Shown here: in pieces, positions 35,566-45,756 of the stretch
How the letters are laid out: the number at the start of each line of letters is the position of its first letter
How positions within the stretch are numbered: the first letter of the stretch is position 1
From: a virus
Length of the DNA stretch: 64,000 nucleotides
IMG/VR virus record: IMGVR_UViG_3300023276_000008
Location: 1 to 64,000 of that record
Reading direction: 5' to 3' (one strand)
The notes under the pieces: model-generated
Database searches by the model: none
Seen by the model: the letters and a program-made list of their open reading frames with translations, nothing else
Told to the model about the DNA's origin: nothing
Position numbers and translations under genes: made by a program

Positions 35566-36852
35566 TTATCTCTCTTGTATTCTGATGAAGCTTAGTCCTT
35601 CAACTGTGACGTTGGTTGTATCTGAGTCATTTGAAACCCTCCAGTACATAATGTCGTTAGTGTCTAACTCTACACCCACATTGATGACGAAGAACGCAAC
35701 ATCACGACCACCTTGGAAGTTATTCACTGGTCGCCTCTGTAATGTGTAATCTAACTCTACCTCAGAACTTGTTGAGTCATCCCACTTGAATACTTTTATT
35801 GATAGTTCGTCGTTTGCACCTCCGTCGATATTTAGGTTAGCTGTAACCTCAAACTCTCGCGGTGTGTCTCCTACGTGCTTCAATCCCCCACCAGCAGGTA
35901 TCATCTCGAAATGCTGTAAGTCTCTCCCTAGCCATGTTCCATTTAATGGGTAGTATGCCCCAGATGTGGAAATGGTGGTTTGAGCCTCTAAAACTATCAA
36001 AGCTGTACCCCCAACATAGGTATTTGGGATTCCGTTGTTACCTTTCCAATAACAGGGTAGATCTGAGTTTAACAAGTTTGGTGAAACATTAGTATCACTG
36101 GCATCATACCCACCATCTCTAGTTATCTCACAACCTTTTAATTGCATTGTGCCAGAGTTTGGGAAGTTGATAGGCTTGAAATCTATGAGTGGCGCAAGTG
36201 TTGGGAGGTCGCAGTTAATATCCGTTATGAATCTGGAGTTCATTTGAAACAACGTGCCTTCTTTGAATAGAGGCTCTGTCATCGTTCCAGCAAGTGCGCG
36301 AACGATTGAGGTTGTGATTCTGAAGCCGCCTAACCATGTACCATGAAGAGTTAAGGAAGGAGAGCCACCGAAACGCCCTGTGCCATCTTCTAGTCCTTGT
36401 CTGTATTCGTAAATATCACCCAAACTTGTGCAGTCAATATAGTTGACGCGCAACAACTCGAAAGCATTGAAGCCTGTCGCATCATAAAGTTCGTAGACTT
36501 TAGAACCTGCGCCATCTGCCGTGATCTTTAGATCTTTCATTAAAAGATTGCCACTGCCGATAGCGATGGATTCAGATACAAACATGGTGTAGGCATCCTC
36601 AGATGATACCAAACCCGAAACATCAAAAGTGTCTCCAATGATAGATAGTCCAGTTGTAGGAACCGTGATTGACTGGTTGCCCATGTTGATAATCCCATCT
36701 AGCTTGTAAACTTTCGTGCTGTCTAAAACTCCGCTCAAGTCTGCTGCTGTCTTAACTAAGACTATATATTCTTGGTGTAGTTCTTCTAGAGTCACCCCAG
36801 AGTTTTTGATACTGTTGCCGCCTGCGCCTAATACTATTTCATTGTCGTTCAT
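35566..36852 (-). CDS. hypothetical virion/fibre-like protein
   Basis: 428 aa beta-rich; visibly more GC at third codon positions than neighbours. Confidence 0.7.
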   Translation of the reverse strand: MNDNEIVLGAGGNSIKNSGVTLEELHQEYIVLVKTAADLSGVLDSTKVYKLDGIINMGNQSITVPTTGLSIIGDTFDVSGLVSSEDAYTMFVSESIAIGSGNLLMKDLKITADGAGSKVYELYDATGFNAFELLRVNYIDCTSLGDIYEYRQGLEDGTGRFGGSPSLTLHGTWLGGFRITTSIVRALAGTMTEPLFKEGTLFQMNSRFITDINCDLPTLAPLIDFKPINFPNSGTMQLKGCEITRDGGYDASDTNVSPNLLNSDLPCYWKGNNGIPNTYVGGTALIVLEAQTTISTSGAYYPLNGTWLGRDLQHFEMIPAGGGLKHVGDTPREFEVTANLNIDGGANDELSIKVFKWDDSTSSEVELDYTLQRRPVNNFQGGRDVAFFVINVGVELDTNDIMYWRVSNDSDTTNVTVEGLSFIRIQER

Positions 36853-37020
36853 TTATGTTTCTATTTGGGGGTTTCCGAGTTCGTCGAATTGGATGTTTCC
36901 TAGTGTGTCAGTAATGTAATTATCAAATAATACTGGGGGTAATAAACTAGGATTTAGAACACCAGTTATACCCCACGGGGATGATGTGTTAATACTCGAT
37001 ATATTTGGTATAAGATTCAT
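36853..37020 (-). CDS. 55 aa hypothetical protein
   Basis: MNLIPNISS...ITDTLGNIQFDELGNPQIET; TAAATA upstream; stop abuts next ATG. Confidence 0.6.
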   Translation of the reverse strand: MNLIPNISSINTSSPWGITGVLNPSLLPPVLFDNYITDTLGNIQFDELGNPQIET

Positions 37021-37086
37021 TACTATACATTATTTAGTTGATCACACACATTATTTATAATGCGCATCATTTTGATAAATATTAAT

Positions 37087-37386
37087 ATGTCAAATTATGA
37101 ACATACAGATGACCCAAAATCATTCAAACAAGAACTCACCACAACTTTCACACAATTGAGTGCTCACGCATGTAGCGAGGTGTTAATTCTCAATAGGGCT
37201 GGAGGCAGCATTATGGTATTTGATAATAATAATTTTGGTGCAGATAATCACATCCTTCTATTAAATGGAGAGAGTATCATACTTCGTGGACTCAATAACT
37301 CTAATGAAGTAAGTGCTCAGACGTTAACTGCTACAGGTGATATCTACTATAGAGCAAATTACTTTAGTAACACGCCTTCACGTTAA
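37087..37386 (+). CDS. hypothetical late protein
   Basis: TAAATA-N5-ATG start. Confidence 0.7.
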   Translation: MSNYEHTDDPKSFKQELTTTFTQLSAHACSEVLILNRAGGSIMVFDNNNFGADNHILLLNGESIILRGLNNSNEVSAQTLTATGDIYYRANYFSNTPSR

Positions 37387-40247
37387 AGGAAATACTTTTC
37401 CATTGCTGGATCATATTCTTCCCAACCAGAGTCTAATCCTTCAACACCGCCAGCTACTGGAACCCATCCTGCATCAACCATTGATTCATACTCAGTGTCA
37501 GATTCTGACGATTGTGTAAACATCACTGGCTGCACTGTAGGGTCTGATGTTCCATCCAAATCATTGTATAAAGAATTACTGACCATATAATCACCAAGTC
37601 CCATATCAATATCCGTTATTTCTAGAGGTTTTCCGTGATCATCCAACTTCTCGATTTCGAAGTATTCTTCAGTAATTTCATTATGTAGTATCATCAATGC
37701 CCATATCACAGACATAACTCTATCATCGTGTTTACCTTCTTCAGCTTTCCATGATCCATTCTTAGATCTGGCGAATGTTTTGAATTCTTCCAGAGTCTCA
37801 ATATCTCTAAATGTAACTGCTCGTAATTCATTGATATAATATCTCTGATTGACAACACCCTTATATTTTGAGTTCTGGTTAGCTCTAATACCCATTGTAC
37901 CAGCAGTACCTTTTGCATTTGCAGAATCTGCACCCCATGCAACTAATTTAGGGTATTTGTAATCGTAAAATAGACGCTCTACGACACCTACACCAGCAGC
38001 ATTACGCTCAACTAGTGCTGGTGGTAGACCCCACTGTTCAAGGATCTCGTAGCATACATCAGCGAACTCATATGGAGATATTCTATTGTTGTGATATATG
38101 GCGACCTGTTCAATTTCCCTAAGATCTGTAATATCGAAAATTTGTATAACTGAAGCGTCTCTACCAACACCTTCAGCAATGTCTACGCCAGCAACATATA
38201 ATCTATCTTGAGGTGCTGCACTTTTCCAGACTTTATAACAGTCATCCATGAAGAAACCTTTTGGTGGTAAACATTTCATCTTCATCTCTGCAAATAGTTC
38301 TTCATTCAATGTAGAGGACCCATCATCAAGGAATGTATTATCAAATTCTTGTAAAAATGATCTTAGACTTCCAAGAGCTGCAATTTGTTCTTCTCTCCAT
38401 TCTTCATCACGTCCTGGGATATCATTCCATTCTATTCGATGAGGGTAGAAGCCATTTGTACCTGCAAGCGCATCTGCATAAAGTTTGTAGAAGAGATTAC
38501 CTTTTCCATTTGGAGTGGATGCAACAACTACTTTTGATTTACTTGATCTTGAAATTGTTGGATATACAGCCTTCCAGAATTCATCAACAATGTGAGAATC
38601 GAGGAATGCCATCTCGTCAATAATCAACATGTTAAGTGATTTACCACGAATAGCGTTTGTTGTTGTGGCTGTGATACCAATAGATGAACCATTCCCAAAT
38701 GTAGCAGATGTTTTCTGATATTCTACTGTGGCTGGCTTCAACCAGTTGGGAAGTTCTTCATATGCAAGACGAACACGTTTAAATATCTCCGCAGCAGTTG
38801 CTTCTTTGTTCGCAGCAATGATGATTGATTTATGATTGAAGAAACATGCTTCATGTAGTGCTGCAATAGTCATCAAGGTTGTATTTGAGGTAGGGATATG
38901 AGTTTTTCCCACCAAATATAAACTATCTGGAGAATCAACTGTAATACAACGCATTGGCACAGATTTACATGGTCTTATATCTTTAATATAATGCCATTGA
39001 TTTCTTTTATTGTTTTCTGGATATGTTATGTCGTTGACCTCTATACGATCTGATTTATGGGATAAATATGCCACTTTCTCTCTTGGGTAGAATGAGACGT
39101 AAGAACACATTCCATATTCCTTATCCCCTATCTTAGCCATCTTTTGTCTAAATGTTGCCTTATATCCTAATGTGATGGCAAGTTCTTGTACTTGCCTAGC
39201 AAGCATTTCATTCATTTGAGAGAATACACATTCTCCTCTTGGCGATACATCTCCATCAGAATCAATAAGACCTCTCATTAATTCTAAGCGTTGATCTCTT
39301 GAAGCAAGAAGATATATGTCTGGAATATGTTTATTATTATATAGATTTTCCTCCTTTAATAATGTAATCCGCGGTAGTAGAGTTTTATCATGTTTGGACG
39401 ATAATCTAATAATACCACATCTATCAGGAGACGTTTTCCCTTTATATACATTTAGGTGAGGATTTCTCTCAGACAACATCAATAATTGTTCATCTATGTG
39501 TATATTATCTACGGAGATTGACATGCCATCTGAATTTCCATCCCCCAACCATAATCCAAAGGTATATGGTTCTATTGGTAGGGAGTCATCATAAACCCCA
39601 GACACCCCATTAACACATGATGGTATTCTATAGAATGGTTCAGGATTCTTGGTATTGGTCATGAAATTTGAGAACATTTCTTCTGTAGTATATTTCTCTC
39701 CACGATATGTATATAATTCCTCTTCTGTTGGTGTGGAACCCTTTCTCCTAATCCATCTAAGTTTTTCTCTATGTGTTTTTGTCTGAGCAAACCATAAATG
39801 TTCTGAACAAGCTTTCATAACAACACCATTATCAAATTCAATTTCATATGTCGGAGAATCTTCTACGATGTCCCACGCTTTAACAACATTGCACGGATTT
39901 CCATCTTGACCATAGATCACATCTCCATCTTTAAGATCTCCATTCCTAAGATATCCAGATGGTGATGGTATAAGTTCATCACAATCTAAACGCTTACCAG
40001 CCTGACGAGGACTTAGGAGAATATTGAATCTATTATCATTACAACCTGCAAGGATCTTCTTCTGAACATCATATAGATTGATATTTACCTTACCTTCATC
40101 AGGATCAATGATGTAGAAATAGTTCTCTGCAAAATATAACATGGAAGCTTTACACTTCTCAATCTCTTCATATTGTTCGGGTGTATATTCGAAGGTAGCA
40201 TCTATTGTAGGGAGATGCTTATTACCCATATATCCTTGTTCAGCCAT
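37383..40247 (-). CDS. terminase large subunit (gp17-like), intein-containing
   Basis: PRQAGK|TT Walker A split by intein, LIIDEMAF, STPNG, GVDIAEG, HDDRVM. Confidence 0.95.
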   Translation of the reverse strand: MAEQGYMGNKHLPTIDATFEYTPEQYEEIEKCKASMLYFAENYFYIIDPDEGKVNINLYDVQKKILAGCNDNRFNILLSPRQAGKRLDCDELIPSPSGYLRNGDLKDGDVIYGQDGNPCNVVKAWDIVEDSPTYEIEFDNGVVMKACSEHLWFAQTKTHREKLRWIRRKGSTPTEEELYTYRGEKYTTEEMFSNFMTNTKNPEPFYRIPSCVNGVSGVYDDSLPIEPYTFGLWLGDGNSDGMSISVDNIHIDEQLLMLSERNPHLNVYKGKTSPDRCGIIRLSSKHDKTLLPRITLLKEENLYNNKHIPDIYLLASRDQRLELMRGLIDSDGDVSPRGECVFSQMNEMLARQVQELAITLGYKATFRQKMAKIGDKEYGMCSYVSFYPREKVAYLSHKSDRIEVNDITYPENNKRNQWHYIKDIRPCKSVPMRCITVDSPDSLYLVGKTHIPTSNTTLMTIAALHEACFFNHKSIIIAANKEATAAEIFKRVRLAYEELPNWLKPATVEYQKTSATFGNGSSIGITATTTNAIRGKSLNMLIIDEMAFLDSHIVDEFWKAVYPTISRSSKSKVVVASTPNGKGNLFYKLYADALAGTNGFYPHRIEWNDIPGRDEEWREEQIAALGSLRSFLQEFDNTFLDDGSSTLNEELFAEMKMKCLPPKGFFMDDCYKVWKSAAPQDRLYVAGVDIAEGVGRDASVIQIFDITDLREIEQVAIYHNNRISPYEFADVCYEILEQWGLPPALVERNAAGVGVVERLFYDYKYPKLVAWGADSANAKGTAGTMGIRANQNSKYKGVVNQRYYINELRAVTFRDIETLEEFKTFARSKNGSWKAEEGKHDDRVMSVIWALMILHNEITEEYFEIEKLDDHGKPLEITDIDMGLGDYMVSNSLYNDLDGTSDPTVQPVMFTQSSESDTEYESMVDAGWVPVAGGVEGLDSGWEEYDPAMEKYFL
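38883..39992 (-). mobile_element. 370 aa class 3-type intein with LAGLIDADG endonuclease
   Basis: RLDCDELIPSPSG block A, SEHLW block B, GLWLGDG/GLIDSDG, MRCITV block F, PTSN|T. Confidence 0.9.
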
Positions 40248-40250
40248 AAT

Positions 40251-40742
40251 CTATTTTCTCATTTCTACCACGTAACCTTTTTTGGTTAGAAGTTTATATG
40301 TAGTAGTTGATCCAGACTCATAGATTCCAATTATCTTATAGTCTTCAACAGTATCAAAAAATCCCGCAGTATCTATATTTAGAGGAATTTTGAAATAATT
40401 TGTGTTTCCATTACTATATGTAATAAGAGCTTGTATGATTGTTGATAGAGAACTAGCCTCTGAATGAGGGTATATTACATGGTCATATAGTTGTCTAGCG
40501 AACGCAGATTCCTTCCCTCCGACAATACTCGGTATGACATTATTTGAGCCTAATATTTCACTAGCCTCAAACTCTTCAATAATCCCATCACCCCAGTCAA
40601 TAACTAATGTGGTTGGTGGTATAGTCTCGTCAATACCACTCAAAGATATCCCAACAGTAGTGATATCATTTAAAGATATCTCTGGAAGTGTTTCTACATG
40701 GTTTGAGGAATTAGATGATAGTAATATTGTGTAAGTATTCAT
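40251..40742 (-). CDS. PKD-like virion protein
   Basis: IDWGDG motif. Confidence 0.65.
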   Translation of the reverse strand: MNTYTILLSSNSSNHVETLPEISLNDITTVGISLSGIDETIPPTTLVIDWGDGIIEEFEASEILGSNNVIPSIVGGKESAFARQLYDHVIYPHSEASSLSTIIQALITYSNGNTNYFKIPLNIDTAGFFDTVEDYKIIGIYESGSTTTYKLLTKKGYVVEMRK

Positions 40743-43576
40743 TAGATGATTAATATACCTCCTTGTGTTGATAATGGGGAGGATGATAATGTTATAGTTG
40801 TCGCAACTGACTGATAATCAGCGAAGAACATGGAATTCATACTATCGGTCGGTTTGTGAAGTTCATACTCAATGAAATCCACATCTGGGTATAAATTAAA
40901 TTTATAATCGTGTAGATGGGGCATTCCATTCAAATCTTTTAGTAATGTAGTTAACGTAAATCTATTTGTGTGGGGAGAGAAGTTCATGTACACATCTGAG
41001 CAGTTGATATATTTAGTGGAAGTTTGTAATACTTCGAACTCATCTACATTTGATGAATTTAATGGGAATATCAATTCATTTGTGTTGCTAGGTATATTGT
41101 ATTTAAATATAATAGGAACTGCTGAGAAATCGTTACCACTTATCTCGGTTGAGTTGGTGCTTAATGTGGAAAAATATACATCTCCTCCAAGTCTGAAGGT
41201 ATTTGACAATTTATCAAACTCCCCAACATTCTCTCTTAATACAACTGGTGTAGTTCCACCCAAAATAAACGTGTCATCTATGGATAGGCTAATCTTATCG
41301 ATTATTAGATAATTTCTAGTCTTGATGAATATAGTATCACTATAGATACTGAAATCAACCACATCGTTCGCAATTTCAACTGATGGGGCATATACCACAT
41401 CTCCATTGTCTTTAACGATCTCAGTCATGCCAGTATCTTCTCCTTGATTACCATAAGAGTAATTAACTACTGTTGAAGGATATCTTGAAACATAGTTTGT
41501 GAATATATCGGTAAATCTGTGAACCTCACCATCTTTGATGGTTTTTATCCACAACACACCCCCAGTTTCTTTACGGATAAATAATTCATCAGTAGGGTTG
41601 GATGAGGTAGACTCATACGTGGTGACTGCCTCACTCGCAGGTATATATAGATAATCTGGCTCGAATTCGATTAGACCTGATCCTATTTCAGTATTAATAT
41701 CTACGAACCCAAATTTATCAAGTATCCATCCACCATCATACACATTAACATTATTAGTTGGAGTATTTCTTGGAGATATGGTTAGATCACCATCCAATCC
41801 AGATAGAGGCACTATTCGTGTGCCTCCAGTTAATTCTGTATATGAGGAAACGCCTCCCTCTGCCACAGTGTCGTAATATGTACTTGCTGTTATTGGACCA
41901 TTGACAGGTGTTGTTGGATCATCTGACGATACCAATTCCACTAAGGGATTCCCTAAACTATCTACGAATGAAATACCATCCAATATAACCTCGTTTATCA
42001 CTAATACTGGATCAGTGGGGTCTATTGGTTGGTTGTCATCCTTGAATGTCAAAAAGTTTAATGTATAGTGTCCAGATAGAGGATCGAAATCTTCTGTTAA
42101 TGAGGATAATCCAGACCTATGCAGTTCATCATATGTCAATATATCAGATACACTATAATCAAATGAAGAACCTTCTGTAAAAAGAGTATCATAATAGGCA
42201 TAACCATCCAATATTAGATTTTTTGTGATTGGGGTATTTGAAAACGAATCTTCGAAGGATTTTGTGAAATCCTGTGAATTTGATAATAGGGAGAACATGT
42301 TTCCATATATATCATACTTTGAATCTTTGACTGCTCCCTCGTTGAAAAGATTATCGACAAATTTCTTCGTCTCTGGGGTGATATTAGATGTATATCCATG
42401 TGTTGATATATCCATCTTACCGAGTATTGGCTCATCTGCTATTAATCCAGATGTGCCATTCCTTTTAACAAAATTTAAATCAAAAAAGAATGAGAGTACA
42501 GGATTAGCGTTTCCTGTCACATTTGGATCTGGGAAATAATATATTGAATCTGGTAATAGTTTACTAGTGTCTACTTCATAGCTATTAGTTTTACCCTCCA
42601 CAAATAGTAGAGATGTGTTGGATGGTCGGAAGAACCCCATTTCTTCAACTGTATCGAATATAGTTGGAGCTGTTGCTACATTAGTAGGATTATATATATT
42701 TTGGTAGTCATTATAATCGTTCACACCCTTATCAAAAAGTGCTCCTGATACATACTCAGTACCTGTTGAGTTTGTGCTAAGATAATGAAACTCTGTTCCA
42801 ATATACTTCTTAGACATCGATCTCTGATTATCTAACAAATCATCAACTTCTTTCAGACTTTTTAGCTCGTCCGACATATCGCCAAATAATTCTTCAATTA
42901 TTACCGAATTATCTTTTAGGAAAATATCTGCTCCATAATCAAGACTCTTGGCATCATAGACAGCAGCATCGTAGGGAAGATTGAATGAATAGTCGTTAGT
43001 GTATAGTTCACGAATATCGACGAATATTTTCTCCTTGATCCTTTCAACATCATATATGATACGAGAATCTTGCACGTTTTCGATATAATTTATTATATTT
43101 TCAATTATAGCTCGTTCAAGACCAAACGAAGTCCCCTTTATCTTTCTCTCAGTTATTCCATTCTTAATCAACTCTCGTTGATTATTGTAGTACCCCACAA
43201 TTTCTTTCAACTTGCGTGTGAATATTGGTGTTGCTAATTCCAATTCGAGGGGGTTGGTGTAATCTAAATTGCTTAGATATTCTCTCTCTTCAATCGTGGT
43301 ATAGTTTATAGATAGATCTTTGATAAAATCTCTATACAGTTGAGTAATAATCACCTTTGAATCCACCGACGAAGTTTGTGTGGTAGTAGCCCAAGCCTTT
43401 AGATAGAAACTATAATAATTTTTAATAGTTTCTGGTTCAAAGGTTACTTTGATTAACTTAATGAATTCTAGGAACCCAAATGGGGAATGTTGATCTAAAA
43501 CATCAACATCCTTAACATTTTGGTTTGTTATTGATCTTGATACTGGAGGGTATCCTATTTGACTGGCTTGTGACAT
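40742..43576 (-). CDS. large baseplate-associated protein
   Basis: 944 aa in gp25-gp6 operon; KIKGTSFGLE. Confidence 0.65.
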   Translation of the reverse strand: MSQASQIGYPPVSRSITNQNVKDVDVLDQHSPFGFLEFIKLIKVTFEPETIKNYYSFYLKAWATTTQTSSVDSKVIITQLYRDFIKDLSINYTTIEEREYLSNLDYTNPLELELATPIFTRKLKEIVGYYNNQRELIKNGITERKIKGTSFGLERAIIENIINYIENVQDSRIIYDVERIKEKIFVDIRELYTNDYSFNLPYDAAVYDAKSLDYGADIFLKDNSVIIEELFGDMSDELKSLKEVDDLLDNQRSMSKKYIGTEFHYLSTNSTGTEYVSGALFDKGVNDYNDYQNIYNPTNVATAPTIFDTVEEMGFFRPSNTSLLFVEGKTNSYEVDTSKLLPDSIYYFPDPNVTGNANPVLSFFFDLNFVKRNGTSGLIADEPILGKMDISTHGYTSNITPETKKFVDNLFNEGAVKDSKYDIYGNMFSLLSNSQDFTKSFEDSFSNTPITKNLILDGYAYYDTLFTEGSSFDYSVSDILTYDELHRSGLSSLTEDFDPLSGHYTLNFLTFKDDNQPIDPTDPVLVINEVILDGISFVDSLGNPLVELVSSDDPTTPVNGPITASTYYDTVAEGGVSSYTELTGGTRIVPLSGLDGDLTISPRNTPTNNVNVYDGGWILDKFGFVDINTEIGSGLIEFEPDYLYIPASEAVTTYESTSSNPTDELFIRKETGGVLWIKTIKDGEVHRFTDIFTNYVSRYPSTVVNYSYGNQGEDTGMTEIVKDNGDVVYAPSVEIANDVVDFSIYSDTIFIKTRNYLIIDKISLSIDDTFILGGTTPVVLRENVGEFDKLSNTFRLGGDVYFSTLSTNSTEISGNDFSAVPIIFKYNIPSNTNELIFPLNSSNVDEFEVLQTSTKYINCSDVYMNFSPHTNRFTLTTLLKDLNGMPHLHDYKFNLYPDVDFIEYELHKPTDSMNSMFFADYQSVATTITLSSSPLSTQGGILII

Positions 43577-43602
43577 CGATTATATTTATTGTAATAATAT
43601 GA

Positions 43603-45756
43603 TTATTCAACAACTCTTGTTGATAAAACATCAGTTAATGTATCGTACATGATTACATCGAACAAATTGTATTGACCTTCCTTCTTAGACTTGAACTCAT
43701 CGTGTGATACACTTGTCTGTTCAAACTCGAAATTAATGTTTCCTCCAAGAATGGTATCATCGTATTCTGGAGTAAACTCAAAGAATCTATAGAATTTAGG
43801 AATATCGTCCAAAGTGTTAGAATCGTTTAGTACCAACCCCCATCCGAAATCCTCATTATATGAACTTAGTGGATATTGAGAAGCACTCAATGATTCAGTT
43901 GGTTGGTAAGTATTCAATCTCATGTATTCTCCACTGAATTTCTCTAACGCTACAATATCTATACCCGCAGAGCATTCATAGGTATATAAGTCGATCTCAT
44001 CACCCAAATTTTTACCATAAGTCAATCTGTCTGTATGTCCTCTAGAATCGAAATTCTCTTGGAATTTATTCTTATACCCAATTAAACCTCCATCATCTAT
44101 AGAGAACATATTAACGTGTCTTGATATGGTATCTGGAAAATTCATAATGCTAGAATCAAATACGTTGATTGTTTTACCAACCATATTATTAGCAGAGTTG
44201 AGTGCGAATATATCACACTTATCAACATTCACATTATTATCCACGAAGTTTGTTATTTTTTCGTGGGTTTTTACCCCGAAATTATTATTAACATCCCCGC
44301 CAGCGTCCCCCATAATAGATCCGATGAATTCATCAAATAATACTGGTTGATTTAGCATAGACTCTTGGAAAGTGAGGCTTTTGATAGTTTCTATAGGTGA
44401 AAATTCTTCGCCATATTTATAAAGTTTGTAGGGATTCTCATTATATACTCTAAGCTCGACATGTTCTCCCGATACACTGGCAGATGACATATTATATCCT
44501 GATATAGTAATATCCGCATATTCCCCACTAAGTTGATTAAACTTTAAAGTATATCTATGTGCCCACACATTTTCAGTATCAATTGCTCCACTTAGAGGAA
44601 CCTGAGTGAGTTCATATAACTCAACAGGAACTGCGCCACCAGCAGAGTATGATATAACGATTTCTGGTGTAAATTCTAGAGGATTAGATACCGCGCCAAT
44701 GTCTGCTGGATTCCCCCCGACATCATATAACTCATCTACATATTTTATAGTGTATGGGAAATTAGGGTTTCTGCCAGTTACCATAAATTGGAATGGGGTG
44801 TTAATGTACTTGATATCAGATACTTGGAATGTGTCAACGCCCAGACCCTCACCTAACATGCCATTAGATGATATCCCGATGGTTACATCCCCATCAGACT
44901 CATATGCTAATGAATTATATACATTTATCCCTATTTTTAAGAATGTTGTATTATGTACGTTTGACTCTACTCCATAGGACTCACTGAATACATATTGATC
45001 ATTGTCATAATATAGAGACAGTGTTAGATCTTCTTGAGGTGTGTCGTGACTAAGATAGACATCTTGTGATGCGGTCATCCCTGCATAGAATGAGGAATCT
45101 ACGAATTCGCTAGATTGTACAACCTCGCCTGAATCGTCCATAATCACATAAACTGGATCATATACAAATTCGATATAATCAACCTTATCGTATTGATGGG
45201 TTGCTAAAATATTATTATATATCTTCTTGTGTAGTGTGTAGAATAGGTCTAAATGCGCATACGGAGTGCTCTTTATGTCTCTCCATGCTTTACAATCTTC
45301 GCTATTGTCAATATGATAATTAACATTGATTGCCGTTTGATAATGGGGTACAGTTGTTGTGATGGTGAGAGCGTCTGATATAATAGCAGCAGATAATGTT
45401 TCTATGGAAGTAGTATCTCCAGTAGTGAAATTGAGTGGTATAAAATCAAGTATAACCACCTCCTGTGTGTATGTGGAGTATATCACCTTATTGCCACAAC
45501 CATACACCACAAGCTGAACCAAATAGCTTCCAGCCCTATCGTAGTGCTTTATGGGAGAGAAATCATTGGAAGTGGTTCCATCACCAAATATCCATTCGAT
45601 ATTGCCTCTATATTTCTCATTAGCGTTTGGGATAAATTTTAAAAACGTTTGTTCGAAGCTATACGCACTTAACGTAGGTGATCCTGTGTGATCCTCTACC
45701 TCAAATGTGATTAAGTCTATATTTATACCTTCTGTTTGTTGGTCTGTGTTACTCAT
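43603..45756 (-). CDS. PKD-domain baseplate-associated protein
   Basis: WIFGDGTTS...HYDRAGSYLVQL. Confidence 0.7.
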   Translation of the reverse strand: MSNTDQQTEGINIDLITFEVEDHTGSPTLSAYSFEQTFLKFIPNANEKYRGNIEWIFGDGTTSNDFSPIKHYDRAGSYLVQLVVYGCGNKVIYSTYTQEVVILDFIPLNFTTGDTTSIETLSAAIISDALTITTTVPHYQTAINVNYHIDNSEDCKAWRDIKSTPYAHLDLFYTLHKKIYNNILATHQYDKVDYIEFVYDPVYVIMDDSGEVVQSSEFVDSSFYAGMTASQDVYLSHDTPQEDLTLSLYYDNDQYVFSESYGVESNVHNTTFLKIGINVYNSLAYESDGDVTIGISSNGMLGEGLGVDTFQVSDIKYINTPFQFMVTGRNPNFPYTIKYVDELYDVGGNPADIGAVSNPLEFTPEIVISYSAGGAVPVELYELTQVPLSGAIDTENVWAHRYTLKFNQLSGEYADITISGYNMSSASVSGEHVELRVYNENPYKLYKYGEEFSPIETIKSLTFQESMLNQPVLFDEFIGSIMGDAGGDVNNNFGVKTHEKITNFVDNNVNVDKCDIFALNSANNMVGKTINVFDSSIMNFPDTISRHVNMFSIDDGGLIGYKNKFQENFDSRGHTDRLTYGKNLGDEIDLYTYECSAGIDIVALEKFSGEYMRLNTYQPTESLSASQYPLSSYNEDFGWGLVLNDSNTLDDIPKFYRFFEFTPEYDDTILGGNINFEFEQTSVSHDEFKSKKEGQYNLFDVIMYDTLTDVLSTRVVE

